Shown here in pieces: positions 18,310 through 35,921 of a stretch of DNA of 64,000 bases (position 1 is its first letter; every line of letters starts with the position of its first letter). The translations under genes and the position numbers were made by a program. A model generated the notes under the pieces. That model saw only the letters and a program-made list of their open reading frames with translations. It was not told where the DNA came from and did not search any database. The DNA lies in assembly GCF_009914755.1 (NCBI RefSeq), contig NC_060929.1. One strand, 5' to 3'. The stretch is from the human T2T-CHM13v2.0 reference genome, Homo sapiens.

Positions 18310-18471
18310 TTGTGATTTAAGAAAAAATAAAAATAATGTATGAATAATTGTATAACTTCTCCAGCAGAGATGAATAGGGAAGGCTTATCTATGGAAGCAT
18401 CATATGTTATTATTGTGACCATCTAACATGATGACCACATTGTCAGAAACAGACTCAGACGGGGCAGAAAA
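18310..18471 (+). repeat. Direct duplication copy 1 (pairs with 19745-19905)
   Basis: Colinear similarity over ~160 bp, with a 46/48 identical core. Confidence 0.9.
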
Positions 18472-18591
18472 TAATCTAGCCTGCTTAAACAAAATCATTG
18501 AGAAGCATCATGGTAATAGCTAATTATCAATAATAAAAATAATACATAGAATCAAAGCCAGCAGCAAATATAGCAAAACTATATTCATCTA

Positions 18592-18897
<306 letters not shown>

Positions 18898-19744
18898 TCA
18901 TCGTAAATGAAATAAAATAAAACATAAAGCAATAATTTAAAACAGACTAAAATCAGCAATAACAACAATAATAGTAACAATAGCAACTAATTATGTGCCA
19001 GGCACTCTTCTAAGCACTTTTCGGGTATCCATTATTTAAGCCTTAAAACAACTCTATGAGGTAGGAAGTCTCATAAAGCCCATTTTATAGGTGGGGAAGC
19101 TGAGGCATCAGGAAACCAGGGGCTTGTTTCTCAGAAGGACAGTCCCCCATAGGGCTCCATTTCTCAAGGCAGAAGTCCAGGAAGGGTAGGACAAAAACTG
19201 GGTCTCCACAGTTTGGGTAGGCACCTCGCTTTCGGGATTCTCTGGGGACAACCAGAAAACACAAAGGGGCGAGGACCTGGTAGGCTCCTAAATGCTTGTG
19301 AGCAAAAAGCCTGGTCACAGCTTAGAGGGATGTCGTCCTCTAAACACTGAGTCACTGAGTGACCAGCTGGCTGCTCTGGCCAGGCCCTGATTGGGGCAGG
19401 AGGAACTGGAGATGAATGGGTCAGCCTCCTCGCCCTGCAGGATCCTGCAGCCTCCTGCAATAGACCAGGCTGGGGCAAGCGGCAGGAATCGAAAGAAGGG
19501 AAGCGATCCGAGTGGGTCGGGAAACAGCCAAGAGTGAGATCCTGCTCAGGGAGTCCTGGAAACGCACAGCTTTTGACCTTGGACTGTTTGTTTTCAAAAT
19601 AAGCTCAGCTTCATTATCTGTTCTTTCTTTCACATAAAAACCTGACCCTTCACAGTTCCATCCCCCCATCTTTTTCTCCAACTAATTCCTGGCTCTCCCA
19701 GCTCTGCCTCCCAACTCCTCCTTGCCCACCCTCATCCCCTTGTT

Positions 19745-20284
<540 letters not shown>

Positions 20285-21081
20285 CACCCTCTCCTTTTAT
20301 AAACTTCAGGCTGAGATCCCTTTTTAGTGTTTCCTCATCCAGCAAACGTTCATGGATACCTGCTCTTTACTAGATCCTGCCTGATGTTGACTAGGGCCAC
20401 AGAAATAACACAGCCCTCTTCTCCTCTCCAGGAACCCCTCTGTTGGAGGGAGAGGCAACAGCCCCAGAGGTCCTGCCTTGAGCTCTCTACCAGGCAGCTG
20501 CCTGCCCATGCCAGGGAGGCCCCTCATCCTCCTAGTCCGGGACACTGTTTTGTGGCTTCAGAAGTTCAATGTCATCGTCATTGCTTTATAAAACTACGTG
20601 GCTATCTGTGGCATATTCCTCCCCACACACGTGCTGTTCCCCTCCAAGGAGACAAGTGAGATGTGGGAGTATTAATTTATTTGGAGTTAACATAACACTT
20701 AACAGATGGCACAAGAAAAACTGTGTCTGTGGGGGTCACATGACAAGGGCATTCGATTTAATCACATTTTATTTTAACAAGAGAGATTTAAATAGGGTGG
20801 GGCACCTCTGAGCATCCTGCCCTGAGAAGCACAATCCTAGTGTTTAAAGATAAAAAAAAATTCACTTCATGTGTTCACATCATACCAAGCAAGTACTTCA
20901 TCTGATGTCCAGAGCAATAGGAACGTGTTCCTGCTGCTGATGAGCGTTTTCACCATGGAAGTGATACAGTGATATTTACACAGCTACAGATACAGCACTT
21001 CATGGAGGATTTCAGCAGTTTTCAGAGTAACTTTGACCACAGGTGATTTCTACCTTTTCTGCAAAGTGAGGAATTTAATAA

Positions 21082-21096
21082 ACACACACGCACACA

Positions 21097-21146
<50 letters not shown>
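21082..21146. repeat. (CA)n microsatellite with CG interruptions
   Basis: Alternating purine-pyrimidine tract. Confidence 0.95.
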
Positions 21147-21148
<2 letters not shown>

Positions 21149-22819
21149 CAATGCATCAAGATTTGTCTTCCCAATAGGCATTTTCAGAAGGGGAATGATG
21201 TGGCCCTTAATTACTTCACAAAATGTACAGCAAATAAAGATCAATATAATGACTACCTATAAACCCAGCAATGTCATCGAATCAATCCGTGGCTAATGGG
21301 TTAAAGATTAACGCGACCACAACCACATGCTGGCCTCAGCTGTAAACTGCTGGGGCTAAGTAAATAATAAAGGAAATAAGATCATTGTCACCCTGTCCAT
21401 TAGGTGCATGGCTGATGATCTCCTTAAAGTGCTCCTCAGAGCCTAATGAGGTCATTAGGGTCACTTCTCTCTGGGCCCCGGACTCTGCGTGTCCTCCTGT
21501 GCAGACGAGGAAACTGAGTCACACGAGAGGAAGCAATTGCTGATAGTTCACAGTTGCCACGCCCTCCTCATGCCTTTACAGACATCCCAGGCCTTTGATC
21601 AAACTAGGGAGAGGTTAGAAGAAAGGCGAGACGGGCCTCAGAAGAATTTGGATCTGTTGAAAAAGGATTTTAGGACAAGAACGAAACAAGACGCGTTTTC
21701 ATGGGAACGCAAACCCAGTAACTTCTCAGAGCCAGGGCTTCGCAGAGAAACTGCATCAAAAGGAAAAGAGTCTGGTCCCAACCTTTATTTCTCCCAAGGC
21801 ATGAAACTCCTGATTTCAAACCACTTCTCTTTGCCTCTGAAAGAAAACAAGAAAAAGATGGGGCTGTGTAGTTCTTCCAACAGTGAAAAAAAGAAAGAAA
21901 AGAGAGAAGAAGAAAACTGTTTCGGGTTTCGAAACAGAAAGGGCCTCCTTCCCCTTTATCGATAATTTTGAAAGGGTCGCTGTAAGACACTGACTAATGA
22001 CACGTGACCTTTGGATTCTCCACGAGGCAGCAGGCGCGGGCCCCGAGCCCAGCGGGGACCCCTCTGCCAGTTAGGGGTCACTCTCTCCATTCAACGCTTT
22101 ATTAGCCCCCTCAAGTCTCAGGGCGAAGTCCTGCTGCTTTGAGACGTTTACAGCTTTGATTGAGGAAAGCTATTCAGGGCTGGGGCGAGGATCTGTTTGT
22201 TTTCAGGAGGAAGCCTCTGTGAGCCTGCCCCCTCCCCCCTGTGTTTCCAGAGTTGCTGGAGAGATAAAAGCCATACCTCCTTTTGACCTTCATTGGACAG
22301 TAGGAGCCCCGACTCAGCGTGGAATAATAAAGGCATATCATGCTGCATAAATTATCCCGTGATTGACGCTCTTTCTTCCAGCTCTGACTTAAAGGGGGGT
22401 GTCGGGGGCTGGGGCAGGGAATGGGGAGGGGTTCGGTTTATTTACTCAAGCACCTACTGTGTGCTGCTGATGGGGAACTTCCTAGGCAAGTCATTGTCGC
22501 ATTTCATCCCTACAAACAGTCCCAGGAGGTAAATATTATTTATCCCTGTGATGTGCGTGAGGAAATGGCAGGAAAGTTATGTGATTTTTTTTTCAATAAC
22601 CTACGGGAAGGCAGCAGCAGGCAACAGCGTTTGGCCGTGAGAATATTTTGACAATGCTTTTTTTAAAAAAAAAAAAAAATCAGCTTTTTAAAATTTAGCA
22701 AAGTGTCATCTTTACCCAGTCCCTGGGACTGACCCTGACCCCTGGGTTGAGAGATGGAGAGAGGGGGGAGAGAGAGAGAAAGAGAGAGAGAGATGAGATG
22801 CAGGGCCAGGATGGCAGAG

Positions 22820-23310
22820 AGCCACCCATGGGTTACCTGTTTGTCCAGCGGTATTTATGGAACAGCAGTGTCTAGGCAAAAGGGACCTCGCCCACGAGAA
22901 CTATGCATTGTAGGAGGGAGACCTAGAGTAAGTTATTTATGAACATGATTTTTGGACAATGTTAAGGACTTCGAGGAGAGGAAAGCAGGGTAGCAAGAGA
23001 GAAAGTGTCTCGGTAGAAGAAAGAGGCATAACTTTGGAGAGAGATGTCAGGGAACCCTCCACCCCAGGAGGTGACGTTTGTCCTGAATGGTAGGAAGGAG
23101 AGCACTGGCAAAGGGCCAGCCAAGCAAAGTCAACAGTACATGAGTCTATGTACTTAGGAGGTGAGAACAGACTCGACATCCAGAAGCTGAAAGAGGACCC
23201 ATGGCTAGAGGGCAGGGAGTGAGGGGCCAGGCACCCCGCAAGCTCTCCAGGGCCTGGGTTTTATTCTCAGTGCAAACAGAAGCAACCGGAAGGTTTTGAG
23301 TAAAGGAGTG
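22820..23310 (-). mobile_element. L2 fragment
   Basis: Antisense L2-like motifs (GTCAGGGAACCCTCC...GGAGGTGACGTTTG; GGAAGGTTTTGAGTAAAGGAG). Confidence 0.6.
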
Positions 23311-24107
23311 CGGTGAAGCCAGAAGCAAGACTAGGAGCACGGAGCCCAGAGCTGTCTGTGGCTCCCGACTTCCCTGCGTTCTGACAGGTCAGTTGGGCCT
23401 CGTCAAAGCTTCTGTGTTCAGAAGTTCTTTCCTTAAGAACAGCTCGGGGAATCACCACTTGCTGTTCAGATTGTCCCTGGAGTTGGAGCGTGACTTTGGG
23501 GTATCCTGAAGTCATACCTGTCCCCTCCCTCCTGAGGATCAATAACTTGAATGCTTTGGGAGTCACTAGGGAATGTACATCTGAAGCGGGGTGTGAGGAG
23601 CCCTGGGTGAGCTGGCAGAGCCCTGGTGCTCTGTCCCCAGTGGCGGCCCCTACTTGACTCTTGAAATTGCACCACAGGGAGGGGAGAGGCCGACCCTAGA
23701 GCCGTCAGAGCTTCTGATTCTATTAGAGAAGCCAGAAATCCAGATATGTGTGCAAACTCTTAGTTTTTGAATGTCGACATCAAATTCAAATTAAACTAAC
23801 ATTCCTGAGCTCTGTCCACGAACCCTGAAGCCAAAGAGTTGCATAAGACAAGACCCCAGCCTGCAAGAGCCTCCACGCCAGAGTCACTACTGCCTCTTAG
23901 CTAACCAGAGCAGAGAATTAAAGGTAAAAGATGCAAAAGAAACAGATGGGTCTCACTCTTGCATTCTAAAGTGTTTTGGTGAAGTGGGTCTATTTGGCAG
24001 TCTGCTGAAATGGTGGACTTCTCAGAATATTTAAAAATGCATGAAATCAAATAACAAAGGTGCCCGATTATATTTAAGTACAGTTATCAAAATGTTGCCA
24101 TAAGCTA

Positions 24108-24455
<348 letters not shown>

Positions 24456-24486
24456 AAGATATGGTGCTGAGCCAATTACTTCCTTA

Positions 24487-24886
<400 letters not shown>

Positions 24887-25534
24887 CTACTGGTGGTAAA
24901 ATTGCAGTTACTGGTCATGCTACTGTGGGTTGCTGGCAACATTCATAATGAAAGGAAATGAAACATTTTAGTTAGAGGATAACAAAAATAAAAATGTTAT
25001 GTTTTCCCATGGAACCTCACAGATATTCTCTCTCTCTGCCCCCAAAGTAGTCCGTGGACCCCCAGTTTAAGAACTTCTACATTAGATGAGATTCTTTCAC
25101 AGGTGGATTGCCAAAGAAGAAGCTGCCCTGCCCTCACCTCCCAATGTCAGGAAGTGTCTCCCCCAGCCCTCCAGGGACCAGGAGCCCTCCTGGATCCAGC
25201 CCCTCCCTCTCCATGCAGTGGACCACGGCCTTCCAGGCCCCTCAGGCTGTGTTCTGCTCACAGGGCCAGCTGCCCTTCCCATCACTCCTGCCGTGGCTCC
25301 TTCTAGCCTGGATGCAATCAAAGTCACTGTGTGCTTCATTCCAGGCCTTCCCACAGAGGACCTGGGATGGTCAGGGGTGGGACCTTGGGGTCAGACAAGG
25401 ACAGGTTCAAATCTTAAATCTGCAACTCATTCGCGGTAAGATGGTGAACTGGCCACTTAATCTTTCAGCCTCAATTTCCCCCAACACTCATTTTCCACGG
25501 TTGTAGGGATTCAATGAAAGAACACTGTAAAATT

Positions 25535-25842
25535 CTTTTTTTTTTTTTTTTTTTTGAGACAGAGTCTTGCTCTTTTGCCCAGGCTGGGGTGCAGTGGCTT
25601 GATCTCAGCTCACTGCAACCTCCACCCTGCCCCTGGGTTCAAGTGATTCTCCTGCCTCAGCCTCCAAAGTAGCTGGGATTACAGTTGTGTGTGCCATCAT
25701 GCCCAGCTAATTTTTGTATTTTTAGTAGAGATGGGGTTTTGCCATGTTGGCCAGGCTGGTCTCCAACTCCTGACCTCAAGTGATCCACCCACCTTGGCCT
25801 CCCAAAGTGCTGGGATTACAGGCGTAAGCCACCACGCCCAGC
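25535..25842 (-). mobile_element. Alu (AluS-like)
   Basis: Antisense dimer; TSD ACACTGTAAAATTC. Confidence 0.92.
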
Positions 25843-25994
25843 AGTACACTGTAAAATTCTGGCATATTTTAAACCCTCAAGACACAGTAGCTGCTTTAAC
25901 TAGGGTTTTTATTACACTGGTGTGTCTCTGTTGCTTCCCACTAAAGCATATTAGCTCTTACTGAGACCCAGCCTAAACCTTTCTCTGTTCACTT

Positions 25995-26310
25995 TATTCA
26001 GGTCTCTTCTTAATGTCACGATATCAAGGGGACCTTCCCTGACCACTCAGTCAAAACCAGCGCCTCCCACTTCTGTCTCTGCTGCCTTACCTTACTTTAC
26101 TTTTCTTCTTTGAGTTTAGTGCTATCTGGTATAGTATATATTTACTTGTTTATTTATGGTCTGTTCCATCCATACCAAAAGAATATATGCTCAGTGAAGA
26201 CACGGATTTGTTTTCTTCACTGCTGTATTCCTTGTGCCTAGAACAGTATCAGATCCACAGTAGGCACTCTGCAAACATTTACTGAATGAGTGAATGAATG
26301 AATGAATGAA
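25995..26310 (+). mobile_element. L2 3' end
   Basis: TGCCTAGAACAGT...TAGGCACTC...CATTTACTGAATGAGTGAATGAATGAATG terminal signature. Confidence 0.8.
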
Positions 26311-26874
26311 AAGCCTCTGCAAATATTTTCTCGAGGGCTTTTCAAAGAATTCAGTGAGATAGAATAACCAGAGCACCTAGCTCTGTGTCTGACATACCAA
26401 TACTTACTTTTCATCTTCTTCCTTAACTTTTCTGAATTTCAGTTTATTCATCCGTAATATAGGAATACTAAGAATACTACTACTAGCATTAATCATAGCA
26501 CCAAGACTACTTATCTCTTGGAGCTATTGTAATGTCCAAAACCAGAAAGCATTTTGTAAGCTATAATTCATTATATAGGTAAGAGTTATTATTGCTATTA
26601 TAAGAACTTAGGCACGTTATCGTCCCCTCTCTGAGCCTCCATTTTATCATCTATAAAATGGAGCTAATTTTATTTAATTTAAACATCTGCCCTTCCTTCC
26701 CTAGCTGAGTTATTGTGAGGAATGAATAAGATAATGCATGTTTAAATGCTTTGTAAACTATAAAGTACTATGCAGCTATAAAGAATAATTACCGAGGTAC
26801 AGCACAGGGGCGGTGGAAATACCGTGGGACTTGGAATCCCAAATACCTGGGTTCAAGTCCCTGCTCTATCTCTC

Positions 26875-27209
<335 letters not shown>

Positions 27210-28581
27210 ATATCACTTTCTAGTCCAGAAACTCTGGATCTTGGTTTCTGCCGTCTGCAAAATGTAGATAATAATGCTACTCACAATGCATGCTAAAGGC
27301 TCAGCGCCGGTGCAGCCCAGATCAGCCCCAGCGGTAGCTGCTTGTTACTGCCTCCCACAGGCCTTTGTTCGGCTGTCTGTGGCCTTCTCCTCACCAAGCC
27401 CAGCAAACCTTCCCTTTCCTATCAGTTGAACGGTGATAATTACACCAGCCCCTCGGGATGCTACGTTTTTAAATTAATATGTATAAGGTGCTTGGAGATC
27501 CTCCCTTGAAGCAGGTGGGGAATGCACACAGATTCCAGAGGAGGTCTTGCTCTCTGGGGCTTCTGCTGGTGGCCAAGGCCTCTGCTGGCCTCTCTAGGTG
27601 GGGATCTCCAAATGGCTCTAGGATCTAAATGCAGGCATCATTTTTGGTGATAAGAAAGATGCCATTTTTCTGGAAAAGCTCAGCTCCACGCTCCCAGCAG
27701 ATGAGTCCTATCACTCGGGTCTGAGTTGATCTGAGACACGTACAAGAGGCCTCAACCGAGGCCTCCTTGGTTATGTTTGTAGAAGTTGGGAGATGTAGGA
27801 AACAAAGCAACAAATGTAGTTCCAGATGCACCCTTACTTGTCTTAACTCAGGGCTGCAATTGTGAAGCAAGCCGAGGCTCCAAGATGGGCTGATAGTCCA
27901 GGCTAGAAATTAAGGCTGGAAGACCAAGCCAGAGGGCTTCTGACCCTCAAGACCGGGCCTGCCCATTGCTTACCGCAGGCAGGACCTGATGGGCCAGTGG
28001 GAAAGCCAGTTCCATGCAATCCAAGGCAGAGCTTCCCTGAGCCCCTGCCTGTACTGGGCCCGGGGCGATCCAGCGAGGAGTTTGTTACTCACATTAGTGA
28101 TAAACTCCCAAAGTCACTGAATGGATTCAAGGTTATTCTTGGAATTGTTACATTTCCACACACTTACGTTCCCAGGAATGTTTGAAAACCCAGGAGAGTG
28201 GGTTGAGTGCCTCACGACAGCGCATAGCCCAGTTCAGCTTTGCCATGAGCCTGGGAGGGTCTGGTCAGGATGCCTTGGGGTCTGTGGTTCCCAACGCCAG
28301 CTGTGCATGGAAATCACACCAAGAGGCAGTTTCATTTGTTTGTCTAATGCAAACAAAATATGCCTATAATCCCTTTACCCTGATAACATCTTTTACATTA
28401 GTATAACCATAAGTAATGACAGTACCTCTATGTAGCAAGGAAATGCAAACACAGCAGCAAAGTATAAAGAAGTGAAAAATAGGCCTCTTTCACCCCTATG
28501 CTAGAACCCATCTCACTACATGTAAATTATTGAAAGCTTCCTATTTATTGTTCCAGAAAACAGGTTTGTTCTCCCTCCATC

Positions 28582-28948
<367 letters not shown>

Positions 28949-29353
28949 TCACTTACAGCTTTCCAGCTACCTGACCTTAGAGGTATTTCTTCAACAAATC
29001 CAGCCAGTTCTGCTGAGAGCCTTTGCACTTGCCTTTCCATCTGCCTGGGACACTCTTCCCACAGATGTGGCATCTTGGCTCACTCCCTCAGTTTTTTCAG
29101 GTTTCTGCTCAAATGTCACCTCATCAGAGAGACCTTCTTGAACCATCCTGTTTTAGAGTTACCTCCCCAGCTGGCCTTCACCTTACACTGTTCTAATTTC
29201 TACTTTCTTCATAGCACTTACCACTACTTAACACAGGAAGTGTATTGTCTACTTATTTATTACCTAGTCTCCTCTAGTGGCCAATCAGTTCCATGGACTT
29301 GGTCTGTGTGCATCACACACTTACATTCCCATAAGGGAATGTAAAAAAATTAG

Positions 29354-29661
<308 letters not shown>

Positions 29662-30000
29662 TGTGATTCACTTCTTGATCCTGAGTAACTAGAGGGGTAC
29701 CAAATACCTAAGAGTCACTCAATACATTCTTGTTGCATAAGTATTTTTTTTATTTATCACAGGGATCACTTCCTGCCCCTTACCTTTTTCACTGATTTCT
29801 GGTATTCCTTTCTATAGCTGGATCTTCGGTTACTTAATGCATCCTGACTAATGGACACTTATGTCATTTACACTTTTTGTTATCAAAAATATGCTGCTGT
29901 GAATGTCCTTGGGTGTATAACCTTTCCATTCTCTTGTGAGTAGATCCTTCAGGTGAATAAATGTTGACCAGGGGAACTGCTAGGTCAAACAGCATGTGCA

Positions 30001-30306
30001 TTTTTTTTTCTTGTTGTTGTTGTTGAGATGGAATTTTGCTCTTGTTGCCCAGGCTGAAGTGCAATGGCGAAATCTTGGCTCACCGCAACCTCCGCCTCCA
30101 GGGTTCAAGAGATTCTCCTGCCTCAGCCTCCCGAATAGCTGGGATTATAGGCATGCGCCACCACGCCTGGCTGATTTTGTATTTTTAGTAGAGATGGGGT
30201 TTCTCCAGGTTGGTCAGGCTGGTCTCGAACTCCCGACCTCAGATGATCCATCCGCCTCGGCCTCCCAAAGTGCTGGGATTACAGGCGTGAGCCACCTTGC
30301 CCAGCC
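30001..30306 (-). mobile_element. Alu (AluSp-like)
   Basis: TSD AGCATGTGCATTTT. Confidence 0.93.
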
Positions 30307-30464
30307 AGCATGTGCATTTTACATTTTGACAGATATTGCCTAACTGATGTCTATTCGCCCATTTGAACTCATATCAGAAGAGTAAGAAAGTAACTACTCA
30401 ATGCCCTCTGCAATGCTTAATCATTACAAACAATATGTTAGGGAAAAAACAGAAGCGTAATTTT

Positions 30465-30482
30465 GTTTCCTTTCTTTCTTTT

Positions 30483-30519
<37 letters not shown>

Positions 30520-30907
30520 TTTCTTTCTTTCTTTCTTCTTTCTTTCTTTTCTTTCTTTCTCTCTCTCTCTCTCTCTCTCTCCCCACCCCCTCTCTGTCTC
30601 TCTCTTTCTTTCATGAGACAGGGTCTCACTCTGTCACCCAAGCTGGAGTGCAGTGGTGCAATTACAGCTGACTACAACCTCAACCTCCCAGGCTCAAGTG
30701 ATCCTCTCACCTCAGCATCCCAAGTAGCTGGGAACACAGGTGTGTGCTACCATGCCCGGCTAATTTTTGTACTTTCTTTTTTTTTTTTTTTTTTAGAAAT
30801 GAGGTTTTGCCACATTGCCCATGCTGGTCTTGAATTCCTGGGCTCAGATACGGGCGCTTCGGCCTCCCAAAGTGCTGGGATTACAGGTGTGAGACACTGC
30901 ACAGGTC
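30465..30907 (-). mobile_element. AluJ-like element with expanded (TTTC)n/(TC)n tail (30465-30612)
   Basis: Antisense dimer preceded by a ~145-bp pyrimidine tract. Confidence 0.9.
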
Positions 30908-31249
30908 TTAGATTTCTTTAATCATAAAATGATTAAACATTCTTTTGTATACTTTGATTCTTATTATTTTGATTTCTGCAAACTGCTGAATTACATCCTT
31001 TTCCAATTTTCGTATCAAATTGTTCTTGTATTTATTTCAATCTTTTGTAAAGCAAAAAAAGCAAAAAAAAAATCCCTCTGGCATTTATGTTACAAATTGT
31101 CTTTGCAGTTTTATGGTTTGTGTTTTAACTAATTGTTTTTCGTAATGATTTTTTCATTTATATATAAGAAAGTTCTCATTCTTTTCTATGATGGCCCCTA
31201 GCTCTGCATCTTGTTTCAGATGCCCCGGGAAGCTCTTAAAAACAGATTT

Positions 31250-32179
<930 letters not shown>

Positions 32180-32870
32180 TAGATTCATGAACCCAACCCA
32201 TACAACTCTGATTTGATGGTCTTGGGTTGGGGTTGGGAGCAGGTCTGTCCCTGCAGATGTGTGAGAATCAGTCACACATATACCACAGGAAGCAGTGCTC
32301 CTAGGGAGAGATGAGGCTGCAGTCCAGCTCCCTGCAGATCATGGTGGGGCTGGAGGAACAAGACCTGAGGGCAGCAAGATCCAGCAGAGGTCTGGGGGCT
32401 CTCAGGAAGGGCTTGCATCCAAGCTAGGGATCTGGGGGGTTGAATACAGAGGAGGAGGTCCTGGGGCTCAAGGGAGTAGACATAAGATTGCGATCCAGGG
32501 GCACTGAGTCCCCAGGCCTAAGTCTCCATGCTTTGTTCTAGATCTGTGTGACAGCAAGGTTGAAATGGCCTTGCTGGCCCTGCCTGCTCTGACAAGCACC
32601 AGCCAAGGAAGAACTGTGCAGGGTCTGGGTGTCTGCACTTAAAGGCTTCCAGGGCCCTGGCTGAGAGGAGTTGAGTTAGACTGGAGCTAACCTTGACCTT
32701 ACTTTGCCTTAACATTGCCACCTGGAAAATGGGAACCACAGAGGCAAATAAAATTCTGGTTCTTCTTGCTTTACTGTTGAATTACTGGGTTTTAAGTTGG
32801 GTTCTGGTGGGGAAGCCAAGCATCCAACTTGTGAGGTACCACCTCCCTATCAGTTCAAGAGAAGGTGAGA

Positions 32871-33389
<519 letters not shown>

Positions 33390-33652
33390 GTAAATAGGTG
33401 GCCTTCCAGCAGACCTGGGACTGAACCCTGCTCCACTGCTTACTACCTGATGACCTTAGGTGAGTTGCTTCACCTCTGTGAGCCCCAGTGTCCTTACCTG
33501 CCCTGTCTCCCTGGCAGACTTGTTGTGACAAGATAGACAATTAGACAAGATAAGGTGGGTGAAGCACAGTCCCTGAGCATGTCCTCAGTCAAGCCTTAGC
33601 TCCTTTCTCTGAGCCTGGCCTGGCCAGCTGATGGCACAGAGCATGAGTTTAG

Positions 33653-34006
<354 letters not shown>

Positions 34007-34079
34007 CATTGCATGCCTTTGATGGCTAAACTACAGTGCATTGATCTGTTTACTTGGGCACATTAAAGCCTGATCCAAC

Positions 34080-34228
34080 TTTTCTTTTTCATTTTCTTTT
34101 ATGTTTTATATACAGATGGGGTCTCACTATATTGCCAAGGCTGGTCTAGAACTCCTGGCCTCAAAGCAATCCCCCTACCTCAGCCTTCCAAAGTCCTGGG
34201 ATTACAGGTGTTAGCCACTGTGCCCAAC
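34080..34228 (-). mobile_element. Alu monomer (FLAM-like)
   Basis: Antisense left-monomer sequence. Confidence 0.8.
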
Positions 34229-34311
34229 TTTTCACTTTAACAACTGAAGTGAGCACATTTAGAGCCCAGCTATGGGAGAGGGGACTACGATCAACATCAG
34301 AAAGAGGTAGG

Positions 34312-34437
34312 CAGGCCTGCACACCTCCTCACTGTACACCTAGGCTTGGCATCCTTATGCCAGGGCTGGCTACACCTAAGGAAGAACACATAGAGTCCAG
34401 AGGAAAAATCCGAGTGGCTTCCTTTCTGGTGACAGCC
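34312..34437 (-). repeat. Inverted repeat arm 2 (pairs with 33263-33389)
   Basis: See arm 1. Confidence 0.97.
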
Positions 34438-34765
34438 ATTCATCCTTGGGGCTCTGGGAGGGATAACAACAAGTTTCCAAGAGAGGAAAGCAAACATGTA
34501 CAAAGGCCCTGTGGAGAGAAGCAGCAAGGTGCATTCTGAGAGACAAGAGAAGGCCAAGATACCCAGGGCACAGATGGTAAGGTGCAGAGGAGGGCAAGGT
34601 CCTCCAGGGAAGAAGGAGGCTGGCCTGGCAGCCAAGGCAAGAAATTTAGGGGTTACACTAACAGCACTGGGGAGCCATTGAAGGGATTTGAGCAGACGAA
34701 TGACACAATCAGATTTGTATGTGTAATGAATCACCATGGCAGTCTTGTGGAGAAGGAGTTGGAAC
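34438..34765 (-). mobile_element. L2 fragment
   Basis: CATGTACAAAGGCCCTG...GGGAGCCATTGAAGGGATTTGAGCAG...ATCAGATTTG antisense L2 motifs. Confidence 0.7.
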
Positions 34766-34769
34766 TGGT

Positions 34770-35921
34770 TTCATCTTCAAAATAGTTCTTATTCCGCTTC
34801 GCTCCACCTGCAGAATCGCCATCTTCTTCCGAGCCACCATCCTCTTTTGCCAGAACTGTGGCATCAGCCTATTTTTTCACACAGTCTCTCTGAATCCACT
34901 CTTGCCACCCTCCCTGCCTCTCTCCACACATACCCAATCCCATCTCATACAGCAGACAAAGAGGTCATTTAAAAATGTAAGTCATGGCCCGGCATGATAA
35001 CCGATGCCTGTAATCCCAGTACTTTGAGAGGCCAAGATGGGGAGGATCACTCGAGCCTGGGAGTTTGAGACCAGCCTGGGCAAGGTGATGAGACTCCATC
35101 TCTACAAAAAAATATTAAAAAAAAAAAAATTAGCTGGGCGTGATGGTGTGCAGCTGCAGTCCCAGCTACTAGGAGGCTGAGATGGGAGGATCATCTGAGC
35201 CCAAAAGGTTGAGCCTGCAGTGAGCTGTGATGACACCACTGCACTCCAGCTTGGGCAACAGAGTGAGACCCCATCTCAGAAAAAAATAGAAAGTTAAAAA
35301 AATACAAATGTAAATCAGATTTTCTCTCTCTCCACCTGAAACATTAAATTCATGTCTCCCTCCAATTTAGAATAAAACCTCAACTCCTGACTGTGGCCCA
35401 TGGCATCCTGGCCTTCTGGCCCTGCCACTCTCCTGTCACTCTTCCTTGCTGGGTTAGCTTCAAACACACTCTCTCTCTTTCACTGTCTCAAACACATCAC
35501 GCCCTATCCCAACTGAGGGTCTCTACCAGTCCTTAAATCTGGAATGATTCTCTTCCCTTCCCAACACACACGCACTCTTCCCCTTGCCAGTGCTTACCGA
35601 TAGGGGATGGGTGACTTCTCCAGAGCACTGTCCCTGAAACCCGCCACAATCTAATTTATGAATCTTCCCTCTGTTATTCTCTCACATAGATCCCTGCTCC
35701 TTTCCTTGGGGGCACTTGTCCTTGGGCTTACTGCAAAGTTAAGTTTTACTTTGTCTGTTAACATGTGGGGTTTGTGTGTGATTGTGTGCACGCTTCAGCC
35801 TCATAAGACTCTAGACCACACCGGTATTTCTGCCTGCCATTGTACCTTCAGATCCTAGAACCGTGTGGCCGGTGCTCAGTAGGCACTCGGTAAATATTTG
35901 TTGAAGAAAGAATAAATGAAT
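34770..35921 (+). mobile_element. L2 fragment interrupted by AluJ (34986-35300)
   Basis: GCCACCATC...CACTCTTGCC...; terminal GTAGGCACTCGGTAAATATTTGTTGAA...AATGAATG. Confidence 0.7.
34986..35300 (+). mobile_element. Alu (AluJ-like)
   Basis: Diverged dimer; TSD AAATGTAA.TCA. Confidence 0.9.

Noticed and set aside
21489-21965. 158-aa Lys/Glu-rich ORF
   Set aside because: Non-ATG start in a MIR fragment and purine-rich low-complexity DNA.
30465-30612. Long pyrimidine tract as a special triplex element
   Set aside because: Ordinary expanded Alu tail microsatellite.
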